Counted from the first letter of the stretch, positions 49,711-64,000 are shown. The stretch is DNA of 64,000 bases from Ascidiella aspersa (GCA_963924565.1 OZ004607.1:9176001-9240000); one strand, 5' to 3'. A program made the numbers and translations. The notes: generated from the sequence alone by a model not told the origin.

Positions 49711-51629
49711 TTGAATCAAGAAGAGGTTAAATCTTGATTAAACCATACAAGAAAGAGTATGAAAGTTAATTAGAAGAATTTTAATCAAGCGTTTGACGTA
49801 CTACCTTCGCGATTTTATTCCTAAAATGGAACACAAATATTATAACCCCTTATAAAAGCAGAGTACTAGCAGTAACTCGAAGGAATTTGAATTCATCTAC
49901 TTGATATTATCCTACTTTTGTTAGAAAAAATATGATAAAACGCAAGGATTTTCGAATGAATTTTTTTTAACTTTTTCATGAACTTTGTTCGAAACAAAGT
50001 ACTTCATTTACAGTTTACACCAATGAATTTAATAAATTTACTTGATATCTCTTACCCTACCAATTTTGATCAAAAATTGCTGAAGAAACGCAAGCATCTT
50101 CTAACGAATTTGTTTCAACTCTAAATATGCCAAGCCAAGGGCTTCATCTCCGCCTGTAAAGCTTCGAAAAACTTTATTAGACGAACCCACTTGTTTACAT
50201 TCCACTCATGTGCATGCTCTAAACGGGGTTTTGTAAGGCATTTTACTGCAGTTTCGGCAAGTTAGCAGTCGCCAGCTGGAAAATAATATTTTTAATAAGT
50301 TGCTGTAATTTAAATGCATCGTGCTAATTTCGACGTGAAATTTTCAATAAAATCGTGTATGTGTGGCGTGCGTCTTGCAAAAAGCATATGATAATGTGGA
50401 AACACGAATCAATCGCTTGCGACAGTTCTGCAGCGAATTGATTCTGATTTGATTGTATTCCACTTCTTGCACGAAACAATGTTCAATATGACGTCGACAA
50501 CAACAATGATGATGTCGACAAAAAACAAAGTTTTATTCAAAACTGAACTGTTAACCACCTGTTTGTATTGGCTTTGATGCTCAAAGTTTCTCGACTTTAA
50601 ACAATGAACAATAATAGGTAAAATAAGTTTGAAAAATCACTAACAACTTGAATTGCCTGCAAATAACGTGTATCTGTTTTAAAATAGTATTTTTGACTGA
50701 TATTAACCGGGTGATTGGCTATTAAAAACGGCGTGCATTACTCTGGCAAGTTATGCATTTAAAATGACATAGGACTATCTGCTTGTCACCTTATTTACAG
50801 AGTCGATTAACCATGGGTTTATAACCTTAATTGCCTTTGATGAAGGATGGCCCTGGTTTGAGCTTAAACATTTCACTGATATCATTATATATGTGGGATA
50901 AAATTTATTGATTGTTTCAGGTTCAAACTGAATTGTTTGATCGCAGAAGACGTTGATGTTCTGATAGGTATTTTTAGCGTCCTTTACAAGAGTTAAGCAA
51001 TTGCAATTCTGTATCTGTTTGTGAACACTCGTCCCCGTACTGGCGTACTGCGTTTAAGCGTTATTTATTAAAACGTCTGTTTTTCTTATAAAAAAAGTTT
51101 GCACCCTGTCATGTTCAGCCTTTTACGCGGTCGACTGTATTCGCCGCAACAGACTAACTGTGACGTCAGAAATTCGTGCACGCGGCGAAAAAATGTCACT
51201 TCGTGGTGCGATGTGGGGGGGTTCGATGTTACCTTCCTTACAGAACGCGCCTTCGATTTAAGGCAACGCCGCAGTTTCAAGAGTCGTTTTTCAGTTTTAC
51301 CATTTCGTTTTGACTGAGCAATGCATATAAATAGAAGCAAAAGTTTTTTGCTTTTTAGGCGTAAACCTATAGCTATGTCTAAAATCAAAAAAATAGTATG
51401 AAGAATGAGGTTATTGAGGAAAATTGTTTTTTTATGTAACTAAACTTCTGGGACTGTGTTTTTATACTAAATATTTCTGGATCGCAAGTGCCAATTTCGA
51501 AGTGTAAAGTAGAACTGAGGCAGGAGAGTGCTGAGATCAGATTCCGGACCTTTTAAAAGTTTGCCTTTGCATCCAGTTTCAGACAGTATTTGTTATTCAA
51601 GTTTGGAAATTTGATTCTTAAATGAAACG

Positions 51630-53640
51630 ATGGCGGCCGACACAACACCCCAACGTAAGTTATAAATTCGTATCTACTTAAAAAACAGTAAGTGTGCGAG
51701 TTAAATATTTTTCTCTGCCCTTTCTTGATCTCTGCCCTTTCTTACAGAAAACAATGTAGAGCCTACAAAATGTGTCGAAGCACCTGGCAATGGTGACCCG
51801 AAAAAGAAGCAACCCCCTTTTTGGGAAAGGGAAGTCAAGGTGAGATGTTTTTTCGCTTTAATCAGGGTCCTTAATTAATAACATAGCAGCCAACCGCTCG
51901 TAATTCTTTTAGAAATTATGCATATCGTGGTTTCCAACATCTAGGTGTGCTATTTAAACAGCACTTTATTTATTAATTTATAAAATTTCAGTAAGAACAT
52001 TGATCTAAACCAGTGGTTGTCAACCGGGGTACCGCGGCACCCTAGGGTGCCATTTATAATGCTCAAGGTGTAAGATTAGAGTGAAATGAATTCAATTTTA
52101 ACTTCCTATGTTGTGCAGAGTTGATATGTGTTGTTTCAGTTCCGTTTATTGTGACATACATTCCAGTGAATTACCTACGCAAAACTCTTGTAGGGGTGCC
52201 GCAATATATTTATTATATCTGAGAGATGCCGCAAGCCATAAAGGGTTGAGAACCACTGATCTAAACTAAAAAGCGTGAATCGTTTTTTGCCTGTAATTCT
52301 TGACGATAACGCGCTAAATTTTTACACAATTCTTTACGCAGATCGAAAATGCGAAAGACGTTGACGCGGAAGGTTTGCTGACCGAAATGTACGGCAAATA
52401 CATCGGAGAGTTTAGGCGTTGGAAGCGCAAGGCCAAGGTTTTTAAGTGTACCAACATGCTAGTCACGTTGCTAATCGTAGCAATGCAAGTAGCGCAGGTA
52501 AATACTATCAGGTTTCATCAGAAATTAGCCTACTTCTACAATGTTTTTAATGTTTTCTTCTAAGTTAACTTAGTTTAACAAAGTTTAAAATTGCAGTCAA
52601 ATTCAACGGCGTAACTGTTTAAACAACGTAAATACAGTATAAAACAGCAGCAGAATTGGACAGCAAGCGGTGATACTAAAAATGCGCATATCTTGATCAA
52701 TAAATTTGAAATTTTTGTCGTGATTGCCATTATTCGTGCAAGAGACGTTGCTATACGTTAGCCAGAATTTGAATTTGGCAAATTTCCACGAAAAATTATG
52801 ATATAACCTTTTCGGGGCCATTGTACTCTAGTAAATGGCGTTTCAATAACGCCTCGGTACGTTATTTGAAAACAAAATGATAATGATTTAATCGATGAAT
52901 TCTCAGAAGGTTTTTAACCCGGTATTGAATTTTCACTTGATACTTTAAGGTTATCTTGTTCCAAATCCCCGAACTGGATATGGAAAAGAAAGCAGCTTTG
53001 GCCACAATCCTTCCAACTGTAACTGGCGCCGTTCTTGCTATTCAGTTGAAGCTAGGTTGGGCTGAAAAATCTGTCAAGTCCAAAAAGAGTAAGTGACCTC
53101 ACTCTTCGTCTTTTTAGTTTGGCTTAAAATTAGAATTACCTACTTAACGAAAAATAGAGTTTGACTTAAAATATGAACAGTTAATCAATTGAAGGTAATT
53201 TACAGTCGATTTTGAGGAAATCGAAATTCCCTCTTAGTACTAAATTGGTAACTATCATCCTTAAATTCCAAGTCTGCTTGGTACCTTATTTGCCATTGGA
53301 GCGTTTTGTAAACAGGCCCTATTATTAAGCATTTAAAGTAGCATCGGTAGGAAAGGTACTACCAAAACCAGTCATGTTATAGGTTAATTTTAGAAATAAA
53401 CACTTGGTTTTATTCCTGCCATGTAGTTGGGGCCATTACATTATTCATAAGGGTAAAACAGCTAACTTTTTTACATTTCTTCTTGAAGGTGCCAGACTGT
53501 ACCACAAACTTGCAAAACATACCGAATACCGCCTGAGCGTTATGAAGGCTGGCGGTGAAGTGTCGGACTCGATCAAAGTTTGGAATGCCGCCCTTAAGGC
53601 TGAGGCAACCGAGATACCACCTTTTCTTGTGGCTTACTGA
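51630..53640 (+). CDS. Two-TM protein, SLATT/DUF4231-like family, paralogue C (187 aa)
   Basis: Exons 51630-51654, 51748-51839, 52342-52497 (156), 52950-53088 (139), 53489-53640 (152). Core: KKKQPPFWEREVK-IENAKDVDAEGLLTEMYGKYIGEFRRWKRKAKVFKCTNMLVTLLIVAMQVAQ-VILFQIPELDMEKKAALATILPTVTGAVLAIQLKLGWAEKSVKSKKS-ARLYHKLAKHTEYRLSVMKAGGEVSDSIKVWNAALKAEATEIPPFLVAY*. Confidence 0.88.
52011..52258. mobile_element. hAT-type MITE
   Basis: TIR cagtggttgtcaacc/ggttgagaaccactg; perfect 8-bp TSD atctaaac. Confidence 0.88.
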
Positions 53641-53891
53641 ACTGATGTTGGTGTTAGTTTTTCGGTGTATATTTTTGGAACCTCAAGAATTATATCGCCC
53701 TTTTTCGATTTGTATTGCTGTGAAGTTAATTTCATTAAAATTTACTCAAAATACACGTTTTCACTTTGTTTAATGTTGTAATACGTGTTTCATACTTTTC
53801 ATAAATAACAAGCATTATTTTCATAAATAACAAGCATTTCGAATGAGGCGAGAATCACTTAATCATAAAACTATATTGATTACCTCTATAC

Positions 53892-54346
53892 CAGTGCGTT
53901 TTAAACTGGTGTATAAAAGATACAGCACACCCCAGGTGTACCAATATTGTGCAAGGGTGTACCACATTGATGGGGTGTACTGGGGTATACAAGATACCGC
54001 ATTACACTAAAGCCTGTGCTCAGTCAGGTATCATAATAAATAAACAAGTTTATTACCATTCTGACTGGATTGTACACTACATGAATGTCGCCACGTGTCA
54101 CTACGTGTATTTAAGCGTACGTAGCTTATAAGATGCTATATTCTATATTGTGACATCATAACCAAATATTTCTCTTCATAATCGTTATTGTGGGGTACTA
54201 ACTAGTTCTTCATAGCGGTTAATGTTCTTTTCGCAGTACAACAGGGTATATGTTTTTAAGTTCAGTACATTGCGTGGACTGGGGTGTACAAGTTCTTCAG
54301 TAAACGTAAAAGTGGTTACTGTTCAAAAAAAGGTTGACAGGCACTG
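53892..54346. mobile_element. hAT-type MITE
   Basis: cagtgc...gcactg termini; TSD ctctatac/ccctatac (7/8); ggggtgtac subterminal repeats. Confidence 0.7.
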
Positions 54347-55076
54347 CCCTATACAACTACTGATATTTAAGCGGTATTCCCTTTACATTTTAACACAGTT
54401 ATTGCAATTTGGAAGAATTATTTACATTCTACTAAACGTTTGCTGAAGCAAATGTCACGGTAGAAAAAAGTATTTTAAAACTAATCATCAAAACCAGAAT
54501 AAGGAGAAGCATCATATTTGTCCTTGTTGCGAAATGTATTCTTGGTCGATTGTAACTAGTTCTGAAAAAAAAACAGCAGAAGGTTGTTTACGCAGCTCTG
54601 TTGTTTTCGCCCCTGGCACAATGTTTTTATGTAAATCGTAACAGTCTAATTTGTTTGCGTTACAGCAGGGCATTAAACACTTAATGTAACTGTTTCAGAT
54701 TATAACATAAAGTGTTCCGACTTAAAAACACTTGTTTTTGTCTGAACGACACGAAACACACAAAAAACTCCTCGCAGACCAGTTGGTGTCCCGTGGAGCA
54801 GTTTTATCCGCTAATAAAAGGTCTTCATTCCCAAGCAGACAAAAAACAGCTAATAAAAGGATCGACTAATCATTAAAAAAATATACAAGTTGTCCCCACG
54901 TAATTTTGTTGAGGTACACTTTGCACGGATCTGGAATGCAGCTTAATAAGGAATGTCAATGTCATCAAAACGTCTTTATCAAGATGATGACAATTTACTT
55001 GACATTCAGTATTAAGCAAATTTTGTTTAGTTTGTGAATCACCAATCCATCGGATTTATAGCGAAAAATTACTTAC

Positions 55077-55235
55077 CCATGCATGAGGGCCGTTGAGTTT
55101 TCCACAAGACCGGCACTTTTGCCACAAGTTCGCCCAGCTACTTCTACTTTTCCAGCTTCTACCACAATTGCACCGATAAAACACGTAACGGCTTTGTCTT
55201 TCTTTTCGGGAAGCTTTACGATTTTGTCGATCCAT
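55077..55235 (-). pseudogene. Diverged duplicate of the ZCCHC24-like zf-3CxxC micro-gene (exon 1 intact; cognate exon 2 not recognisable): truncated gene or pseudogene
   Basis: 159-nt ATG-to-donor (gtaagt) exon, same length as the neighbour's exon 1: MDRQNRKASRKERQSRYVFYRCNCGRSWKSRSSWANLWQKCRSCGKLNGPHAW (26/53 identical by eye). Downstream acceptors near 54810/54850 give short frames lacking HPQHLCEKC. Confidence 0.6.
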
Positions 55236-56201
55236 TTTTTATCAAATTTTCATAATAAACAGAGAGTCGAACTATTTTTTAGATTCTGAAAGTAATGGTT
55301 TACTTGATAAACCCCTCATCTAAGAGGCTATCCCTTACCCCACTCTATCCACCACGTGCTGATAGTTTCTCTAACAAAAGGTACAATTGGTGCCAGTACA
55401 CAAATCGTGGAAAAGTGACAAGTCCCAGTCAATTCATTTGTGAAATAGTCCAAGTGGTGTCTTTTAAAAAAAAAAGCAAGTCTCAGTCCATCAGTTGCCA
55501 AAGCCAATGTCCAGTCAAGTAATTATTAGAGCAAGTCAACTTCTAGCCATTTAAATTAGTAAACTCGTCCGATTATTATGAGCAAACTAATTCAACTAAA
55601 ACATAACAAAAACCCAGCATATCGCAAGCTAATTGTTTTACGTGCAAAAATGAAGATAAATATCACAATTTTATAATACAGTGTTAATTGTAACCAAAGT
55701 CATTTGCAAAATCAAGTCATTCGAAAACAGTGACTTAAGTGCACTTAATTCAAGTCGCTATACTGATTAATACTGGTGGGTACTAGCAACAGCGCCAAAC
55801 CAAAAGTTGAATAAAGGCACATTTGACGTGCAATTGCTGTGATGTCTGCATGCCGAACAATTAAAACTTTTAGGGGGGTGACTTAAGCGTTTACTAAAGT
55901 GGATAAATTGGAGTTGAAATATAGTCTCGAACTAAACTGAATCCATTGAGTTTGTTAATTTCCTTTAACGTTTATTGTTGTAAGAAAAAAGCAATACAAA
56001 AAAGACGCAACTCACGAAAAGGAATTAAATACAAGTCTATAACATTACATACCTACTTTTAAACAAATATTGTGCCTTTTTTTAAAAAAAGAAAGAAATC
56101 AGAAAGTATCATATCGCAGCTAATCTTATAGCTGACTATTTTTGAAAGCTATAAAAAGTTGGTTAGGGTAATAACATATACAGTTTTCGTAAGCGTTTCA
56201 T

Positions 56202-56290
56202 TAATATGTATATAACTTAATTTATAAGTTTGTCAGTGTACTACCCCTAATATGTATATAACTTAATTTATAAGTTTGTCAGTGTACTAC
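56202..56290. repeat. 43-bp direct duplication (period 46)
   Basis: taatatgtatataacttaatttataagtttgtcagtgtactac at 56202-56244 and 56248-56290. Confidence 0.85.
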
Positions 56291-56459
56291 TGTTATATGT
56301 ATTAGAACTGCTGGATTTGCAGATTATATTTTTCAATTTTTTAAAACAACAAAACAACATCAAATATATGCAATAGCTGGTCTATAGATTCTACGAGAGG
56401 GTTACATTCATACGAAAAAAGGGTCCAATCTAAATATTTGAAGAAAGTTTTCTGGCGCG

Positions 56460-57439
<980 letters not shown>

Positions 57440-59706
57440 TTACAAAAGTCTGTTCTAATGACACCAGTTTCGGTCAATTGCATACCACGATGGATTTTAA
57501 TTGGCACTGTACCGCTTACCAACCGAAAACCGATTATAATTTACCCAAGTTAAAAACATTTTAAGTCGAGTTATTGCTGTATTGAGATCTTTCTATGAGT
57601 TTCCAATGAATAATAATGTAACTACGACTGACAGAAATTATCATAGGCAACAAAAAAGTTTTTTAGTTTGCTTTGTTTTATTGTATAACGCTGTAAATAC
57701 CGTTGTTGCCATGTCATGGTAAGATGAATGAGCGAAAGTGCTATAAAACCTCATAACATGAAACTAAATCTAGCCCATGGGTGACTTAGCTGCACACAGA
57801 AAGACCTGTCAATAAACGGCTTTCGCCTTTTGAAATGATGTTTTTCCCGAACGATCAGAATCAATTATTAGCTACAGACTAGTAGGCGAATTACTTACGT
57901 GTTTTTCTGACGCGCATCATCGTAGGCGTTACACAGTACGTAACTTCCTTAGATTGTTCAGGTCGTCATTGTTGAGATGTCAAAAAGGTAAAATAAATTC
58001 ACCTGGACTTTGCCGACAACTCTAAGGCCACTTTTAATTTAAACGCCATTTTTGTAAACGATCTTTGGCGCTACTAGTTACTCTGGTCAAGCAACATTCA
58101 AACTAATAAAAAAAACTTGAGTTTCGATTCTTTACGCTGGGAATGGTGTAAGCTGTGCTGTACGACATACCAACCTTCAGCAAAACAACCAAAGTTGAAC
58201 TGTTGTTTTTTCAAACGCGAAACCTTAGTTTCGTTGGCCATTCAAGTCACGTGATGAACGCTGCCGTCTGCGGTGTTTTTTAAATTCCACACAATACACA
58301 CAAATTACACCACCAATATGACGTGAGCGGACAGCGGAGAGTGCAACTAAACACGTAGTTTGTACAATATTATTGACTTGTTTGTTTTGACAAATTTATT
58401 TAGCGAATCCCGTTGTGTATATGTATTATTATGTCTAATCACAACTCAACTGTTTAAATATGTTATCTTTTAATGCAACAATTTTTGCGTTTCTGCTTGC
58501 TTGGACGCGGTCCGTCCATTTAGCGGCTTAAAAACTTTACAATTTAGGTTGTCATGTAATGGGAAGGTACAGGTTTTTTTTATTAAGCCAATACAAAGTA
58601 CCGTGGGTTGTTTTATTTCAACAACAGTTGACAAGCCAAATGTAAATCAAGCGTATTGTACATAATAGCTGCCTATGCCAGCCACGGCTGTACCATGTTT
58701 TGACACACCTCATACTGTAAATCATACGAAGGTAGAGTAGCATGGTTTGGTGGAAAGTTTGCCATCCAGGCATTGTGGGTTCATTTAGTTATATGACAAC
58801 CCAACAAGTTTACTGTATTTCAATCCCCTGAGAGTAATTATTTTTATATTGGTTATTTACTTTACATCTATTTGGTTATGTATTTATACTAATGATCCTA
58901 TGTAAAAATTGACTCGATTTTAAAGGCCGGGGTCGTAGCCCTTGTCGGTATCATTGCGGCTTTAAACTTGTTTTGACTTCATTTTCGATAAAATGCATTC
59001 CGGTAATGCATTTAGATGAGGTAAAACTTATAGATGATTACCAACCTAATAGAAAACTAACCAAAAGACGAAAAACGGCAAATTTTACTACGAATACTTC
59101 GATGATTCTTTTCCGCATACATTTGTCCTATTAAACCTGTGTGGGTTTGCTGTAATGATTTTATTTTGCAGTTCAAACATAAATGTGGAGATTACATAGT
59201 AAACCCATGATATTTTCTCACGTACTCTGCTGTTGTTTACCATTGAGCAGTTGCCTGTTTGCCGTTTCCGTATTGCCTTGCTTTTATTTCGTTCGGAGCA
59301 TTTAGACCGACTTCGCAGACTTTGATACAAATTACAATCGTTTTCGATCGATGTTTTTTTTTTTACTTTTTTTAATACACGGTTATCGGCAAGTGGCAGG
59401 TGTGAGCTGTATAACTTTTTTAAATTACAATCAAATTGGTAAAAGGAAGGACTTAAACAAAAACAATTTTTCGGCTACAGGGCCTGTAAAATAACCTTGT
59501 TATTGTGAACAGTTTTATTAATAAAAAGTATTTGTAGCCAAGCCCCTTTCATCACAGAGGTACTTTCTGCATGTTCATGAGATGAGAAAAAGCCTTAACA
59601 CTACTGAGTTATTTAAGTTAATAGGTAAGTTTCGACGCTTATGAAATGCACGTTCAAAGGGGCTCTCCATAGTAACGTGATTTCCTTTACCCAGGAGACC
59701 AGCAAT

Positions 59707-62700
59707 ATGCAATATACCCAGGAGACCTTCACCGACAAAGCCTACAAGAATAAAGCCGGAAAAATCGGGTCAACGATTTGGGGTCGTCAGTGCAAGGTAA
59801 AATATGCAAGTTCCCTATTTTGTACGTTTACGTAATACGGATAGCCTTTCAATTTTTGTCCAAATTGAAAAAATCACACAGAACTTACAATTGAAATTAC
59901 TTCGTTGGTCCACTTCACATATATTTTTTCAGCACTTGATTAATTAGCTTCTACATATATTTTTAACTTACTTTGCATTTGTACGTCATTGTATCTAAAG
60001 AAAAATAAAGAGAGGGCTTGCTTTATTAAAGCTTTTTTTGCCTTTGAAGACTAGCAACGTTAACCAAAATTAAACACATGTAAATACGTATTTTGTTATA
60101 TTGCGGGTAACTCATTTACTACGGCAAAAGTGTCAATGACCTACAAAAACACTTCGATGTCCAGATTTAACATTTGTTAGCTCAAAATCATCGTTACATT
60201 CCGAGTTAGTTTAATCGCAATTTTTACTTTTGACAACCATTTTAAATTTTGAAAATTTTACAACCACAACTGGATATTAATCATACTTTCGTCAATAATT
60301 CAATTACCCAAAATATTTCCTTAACCTAAATTTCGAATATTGGTAAAGAAAGTAGTAGTAGTCACGGCTTTATAATGTTATTGGCAAGCCGTTCTTTGTA
60401 TTCCTTTTGTAAATCTTTTGAATCCTTCTATCTTGGTGAAAGAGCAGCTGTTATCAGATGATCAAGCAAATTGAAAAAATAAATGAAACAAAACCAAAGC
60501 CTGCAAAGCTTACGTGGCGATCACTAATGGCTACCAAAGCAAATGCAATTTGTTCAGCTTGAAATATTCTTGGTATGCCTAAAATTTATTGGATTTTTTT
60601 TTTATATATCTTAGATCCCTAACTCAAAGGACATTGATGCTGAAAGCCTGCTACGCCAAATGCACTCTCAAGCAAAGGAGTCCTTCAAATACTGGACTCG
60701 TAAGGCTTCCAAGTTTAAGGGCTCGCACATTGCATTCATTATTGCCATCCTGTTACTACAACTCGCCCAGGTTGTTATTACTAATGCTAAAACGAGTCAA
60801 GCAACTCGGCAATTATTTGCCAAGTACTGGTTTAACTGTGTGCCATTTTAGGGTATAACCCATACGAGTAAATGTCGCAAGAACTCGAACGAGTCAATTT
60901 AATAAACTCGTAGAGTACTCACTCACGTACAGATTTATTTTGAATTTGGTGATTCTTTGCTTACAGCAATTTTTAATAGAAAATGTCATGTAAAGCAGGG
61001 GTCGGCAAACTTTTTGGCCCTGCGGACCGGTTTGAAACTTAAAATTTTCCGCGGACCGGCTTTAAAAAACAACAAATGTTCAGTAAAGGTAGTTGATTAA
61101 AACATTTTTTCAATGGACTAATTAAAATGCATACGCTTGTGTCTAACACTTTCCTGCCTGAACATCAAAATAATAAATCGTTTTTCAATGCATCTCATAT
61201 GGTCACAGCACACTGGTTTGTTTTGAACCTCACGAGTGCTTAATACTAATTGCGATTTTTTATCAAACTAATCAACCATGGAGTATGCTTAAACGAAAGT
61301 TAATATGTTTTGAATAGAAAACTACATTTAAATGATTTTGACTTATTTCTTAGCATTTTGCGTACGGTTTGGGTTTGAATCAAAATTTTAATCTGGCAAC
61401 CCTGCTACGGACCGGTAACGAACTCCTCGCCGCGGACCGGTGGTTGCCGACCACTGATGTAAAGTACGAAGGCCATTGACAAGTTATTACAGTTTATGGG
61501 GCTTTCCATTTTGTATGATTTTGTAATTGATTACTTCGTTTCCAACAACAGAAACATGTGGCCATGTTAGAGCGCACAAATATATATACAACAATTATTT
61601 TGCTAGAAATAAAAAAAAAATTAAAATTATGAACTACAAAAATATATCTAAAATCAAGATCTTAACAGAAAACCGTTCCTGCATTCCATAAAACTCTTAC
61701 GAGAAAATACCAAATGTATATAGCATAGTAGAGTGGCCGGCAAACCGTTTGCCGCAGAGCCATTTTAGTGGGCCGCTAGTTAGCCTATTCTTGAATAGCT
61801 TAGTGTTATCATGTAGTGGTGGGTTAGCCGTACATTCATTGCACTTTATTTTAAAAGTTCGTGTGGCTAAGTTTTTTCATGTTGTCTCAGCGTGGTTCAG
61901 ACCGCCGTGCCAAATGTGGTCCTGAGAGCCTGTCGAACTATATTTTTTGCCAACTTTAACTATATGTCAACGCAAACTTTTAACTACATATATACACAAA
62001 GGTTTTACGTCGTGGGCCTTCAATAGCTGTGAAAAGTAAGCTTTGGGCCGCGACAAAAAAGTTTGTCGAACACTGGTATAGTACTTTTTTTGCTTAGATA
62101 CGCATTTAATGAAGTTGTGATTCTTTTAGGTGATTGTCTTTCAACTGCAAACTATTTCCGGCTCTGTCAAATCCGCTCTGGCGGTTATCATACCCTCGCT
62201 TACAGCTGCCGTGTTGACCATGCTACACAAGCTAAACTGGCTTTCTAAAGCGACAAAGAGCAAGCGGTGTAAGTATACCACAGAGACAATATGTGGAATC
62301 GGAAATCGATGTCTTATAATTTGTAGCGAAAAAAAAAAAATATATATATATATATATATTAAATGTATATAAATATTTTTTTTTCGCAATTCATTAAACC
62401 AGTACTCAGACAGGGAGTCGAACCGTTTGACTTTTCTGGTTGAGATTCGGTTCGGGTTGAAGATTTTTTTTTCGGGATCCAGTCTAGTTCGGTTTCGGTT
62501 CGGAGCAAATTAAACGTTCCGTTTCATCTCCGGCTGGACTAAATTTATTTTCAAAACTGGTTTATAGAGTTCAATATAAGTTGCGTTTAAGGTAAAAATG
62601 TGGTCCAATAAATGTAGAGAATAATTATTAAATTATAACGCGTATTTATTTTAAGTTTCGTGACGTATTAGGTAACGGCAGCTTATTTTTGAAATATCTA

Positions 62701-63964
62701 AAAAATAAAAAATACACGTTTTATTTAATCAGTATTCATTTTTTTCCATAAAAGTTCGAACATGGCATAACTTGACTCGGTATGCTGAAGTGAACCATTT
62801 TTTGACAGGTTAGGGTTCAGGTTATTTCAAAATATTTAGCTCCTTAAAATTTTAGGGTTCAGGTTCGGAAAACATTGGCCCCAAACCGGTTCATAAAGTT
62901 CCTATTCCGGTTCGGTTCGACTTCATGTCCTCAAACATTTTTTTGTTCGACACCTTTGAAAAAGTTTTTTTAACTTGCGACGCGTTCAACAATAGAAACT
63001 TGCTATTTTGTAATTTTTTTCAGCCGTTTGTTTCTGAAAATCATAAACAACTGCTGTTTTTTTTCTAACCACAAGTCACATGTCGGAGATAAAACACATG
63101 TTGGAGATAATGGAAACTGTAAGCACTTTATTACCGCGAATCATTTTATATACGAAACGTAACCATTATGCGACGCCCGAAAATTTTCTTTTAAGAACCT
63201 CTGCGTTAGGGCTTTAATTTTCCTTGTACTTCGATAACCTATGCAAAAGACAAACCAGGGCTGCGGAGTCGGACTCGGGACTCGAGGAGTCGGTTTGTTT
63301 TCCTGGAGTTGGACTCGGGACTCGAGTAAGACCACGTAAAACTGAGTCCCGAGTCCGACGTGCGCATGTGCAGTACCAAATTTTTAAACTGATATGACCG
63401 CCAACTGGAAACTGTAAAGGTGGAATAGCATATGGGCATATGGTGGGATATTTTCCAACCATGTGTTGTGAGTGAATGAAATATACGACACCCCTATAAG
63501 TGGATTGCTGAATCTCCGCGTTATTTTAGTTACGTAAATTGGCGGAGTACAGGCTGTATAGTCATGACCGGACTCGGGACTCGACGAAATCGACTCTGCA
63601 GCCCTGAGACAAACAACTGTTTTTTTTTCGACTTATTAGGCTAAAAGCATTCACTTTTTTTGTTTCAGCGAAGGGAGATTACCATAAAACGAATGCCAGT
63701 TTTTAAAACTAGACTTTTTGGTTTAGAATGTGTGCTTTATCCCTGATAGTTCTCCAGTGGCCAGCCCATAGCTTGTGAAACCACAATATTTATACATATG
63801 TATTTTTAACAGGTGCCGCCTTCTTCGACAAGATTGCCAAGCACACCGGATACCGCCTGAAATTAATGGAGTTTGGTGGCGAGGTTACCGACTCGGTCAA
63901 AATTTGGAATGCAGCCTTATTGGGGGAGGCAACTGAAATCCCACCCTTTCTCATGAGCTATTGA
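59707..63964 (+). CDS. Two-TM protein, SLATT/DUF4231-like family, paralogue D (178 aa)
   Basis: Exons 59707-59796, 60615-60770 (156), 62130-62268 (139), 63813-63964 (152): MQYTQETFTDKAYKNKAGKIGSTIWGRQCK-IPNSKDIDAESLLRQMHSQAKESFKYWTRKASKFKGSHIAFIIAILLLQLAQ-VIVFQLQTISGSVKSALAVIIPSLTAAVLTMLHKLNWLSKATKSKRC-AAFFDKIAKHTGYRLKLMEFGGEVTDSVKIWNAALLGEATEIPPFLMSY*. Last exon 32/49 identical to paralogue C by eye. Confidence 0.87.
60996..61456. mobile_element. hAT-type MITE
   Basis: TIR caggggtcggcaa/ttgccgaccactg; perfect 8-bp TSD atgtaaag; gcggaccgg subterminal repeats. Confidence 0.88.
63256..63606. mobile_element. hAT-type MITE, 'cagggctgcggagtc' family
   Basis: TIR cagggctgcggagtcg/cgactctgcagccctg; perfect 8-bp TSD agacaaac; ggactcgggactcg subterminal repeats. 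Confidence 0.9.
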
Positions 63965-64000
63965 GTTATTGGCTTTTTTTTCTGCACGTTGTCAAAAATC

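Overview
AT-rich, intron-rich eukaryotic (metazoan invertebrate, plausibly ascidian; organism not provable from sequence) genomic DNA with GC-richer exons. No prokaryotic operons, rRNA or CRISPR. I spliced the genes by hand using GT/GC-AG boundaries and reading-frame phase. (1) 1-15194, minus strand: a secreted/extracellular mosaic protein, >1208 aa and running off the left edge. Order: signal peptide, ~120-aa unknown region, 5 C-type-lectin-like domains, kringle, two PCSK9-C-terminal/resistin-like Cys modules, pentraxin/LamG domain. (2) 17630-36458, plus strand, head-to-head with gene 1: 21 exons (1047 aa) of CEP290, only the N-terminal ~40-45%. It ends at an open splice donor, and I see no further CEP290 exon in the remaining 27.5 kb. 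(3) That 27.5 kb holds four tandem plus-strand paralogues of an unannotated-looking two-TM protein family with shared core exons (156/139/152 nt in B-D; 135/139/125 nt in A). Their motif pattern resembles SLATT/DUF4231 2TM effector domains known from bacterial nucleotide-signalling defence systems and fungi. Between paralogues C and D lie two minus-strand stand-alone ZCCHC24-type 3CxxC zinc-finger micro-genes. This SLATT-like + zf-3CxxC cluster, apparently nested in or interrupting CEP290, is the best candidate for an undescribed system; its family assignment and any immune role are inference. Introns carry many hAT-type MITEs with 8-bp TSDs, tRNA-derived SINE pieces, fold-back/hammerhead-like relics and short tandem duplications.
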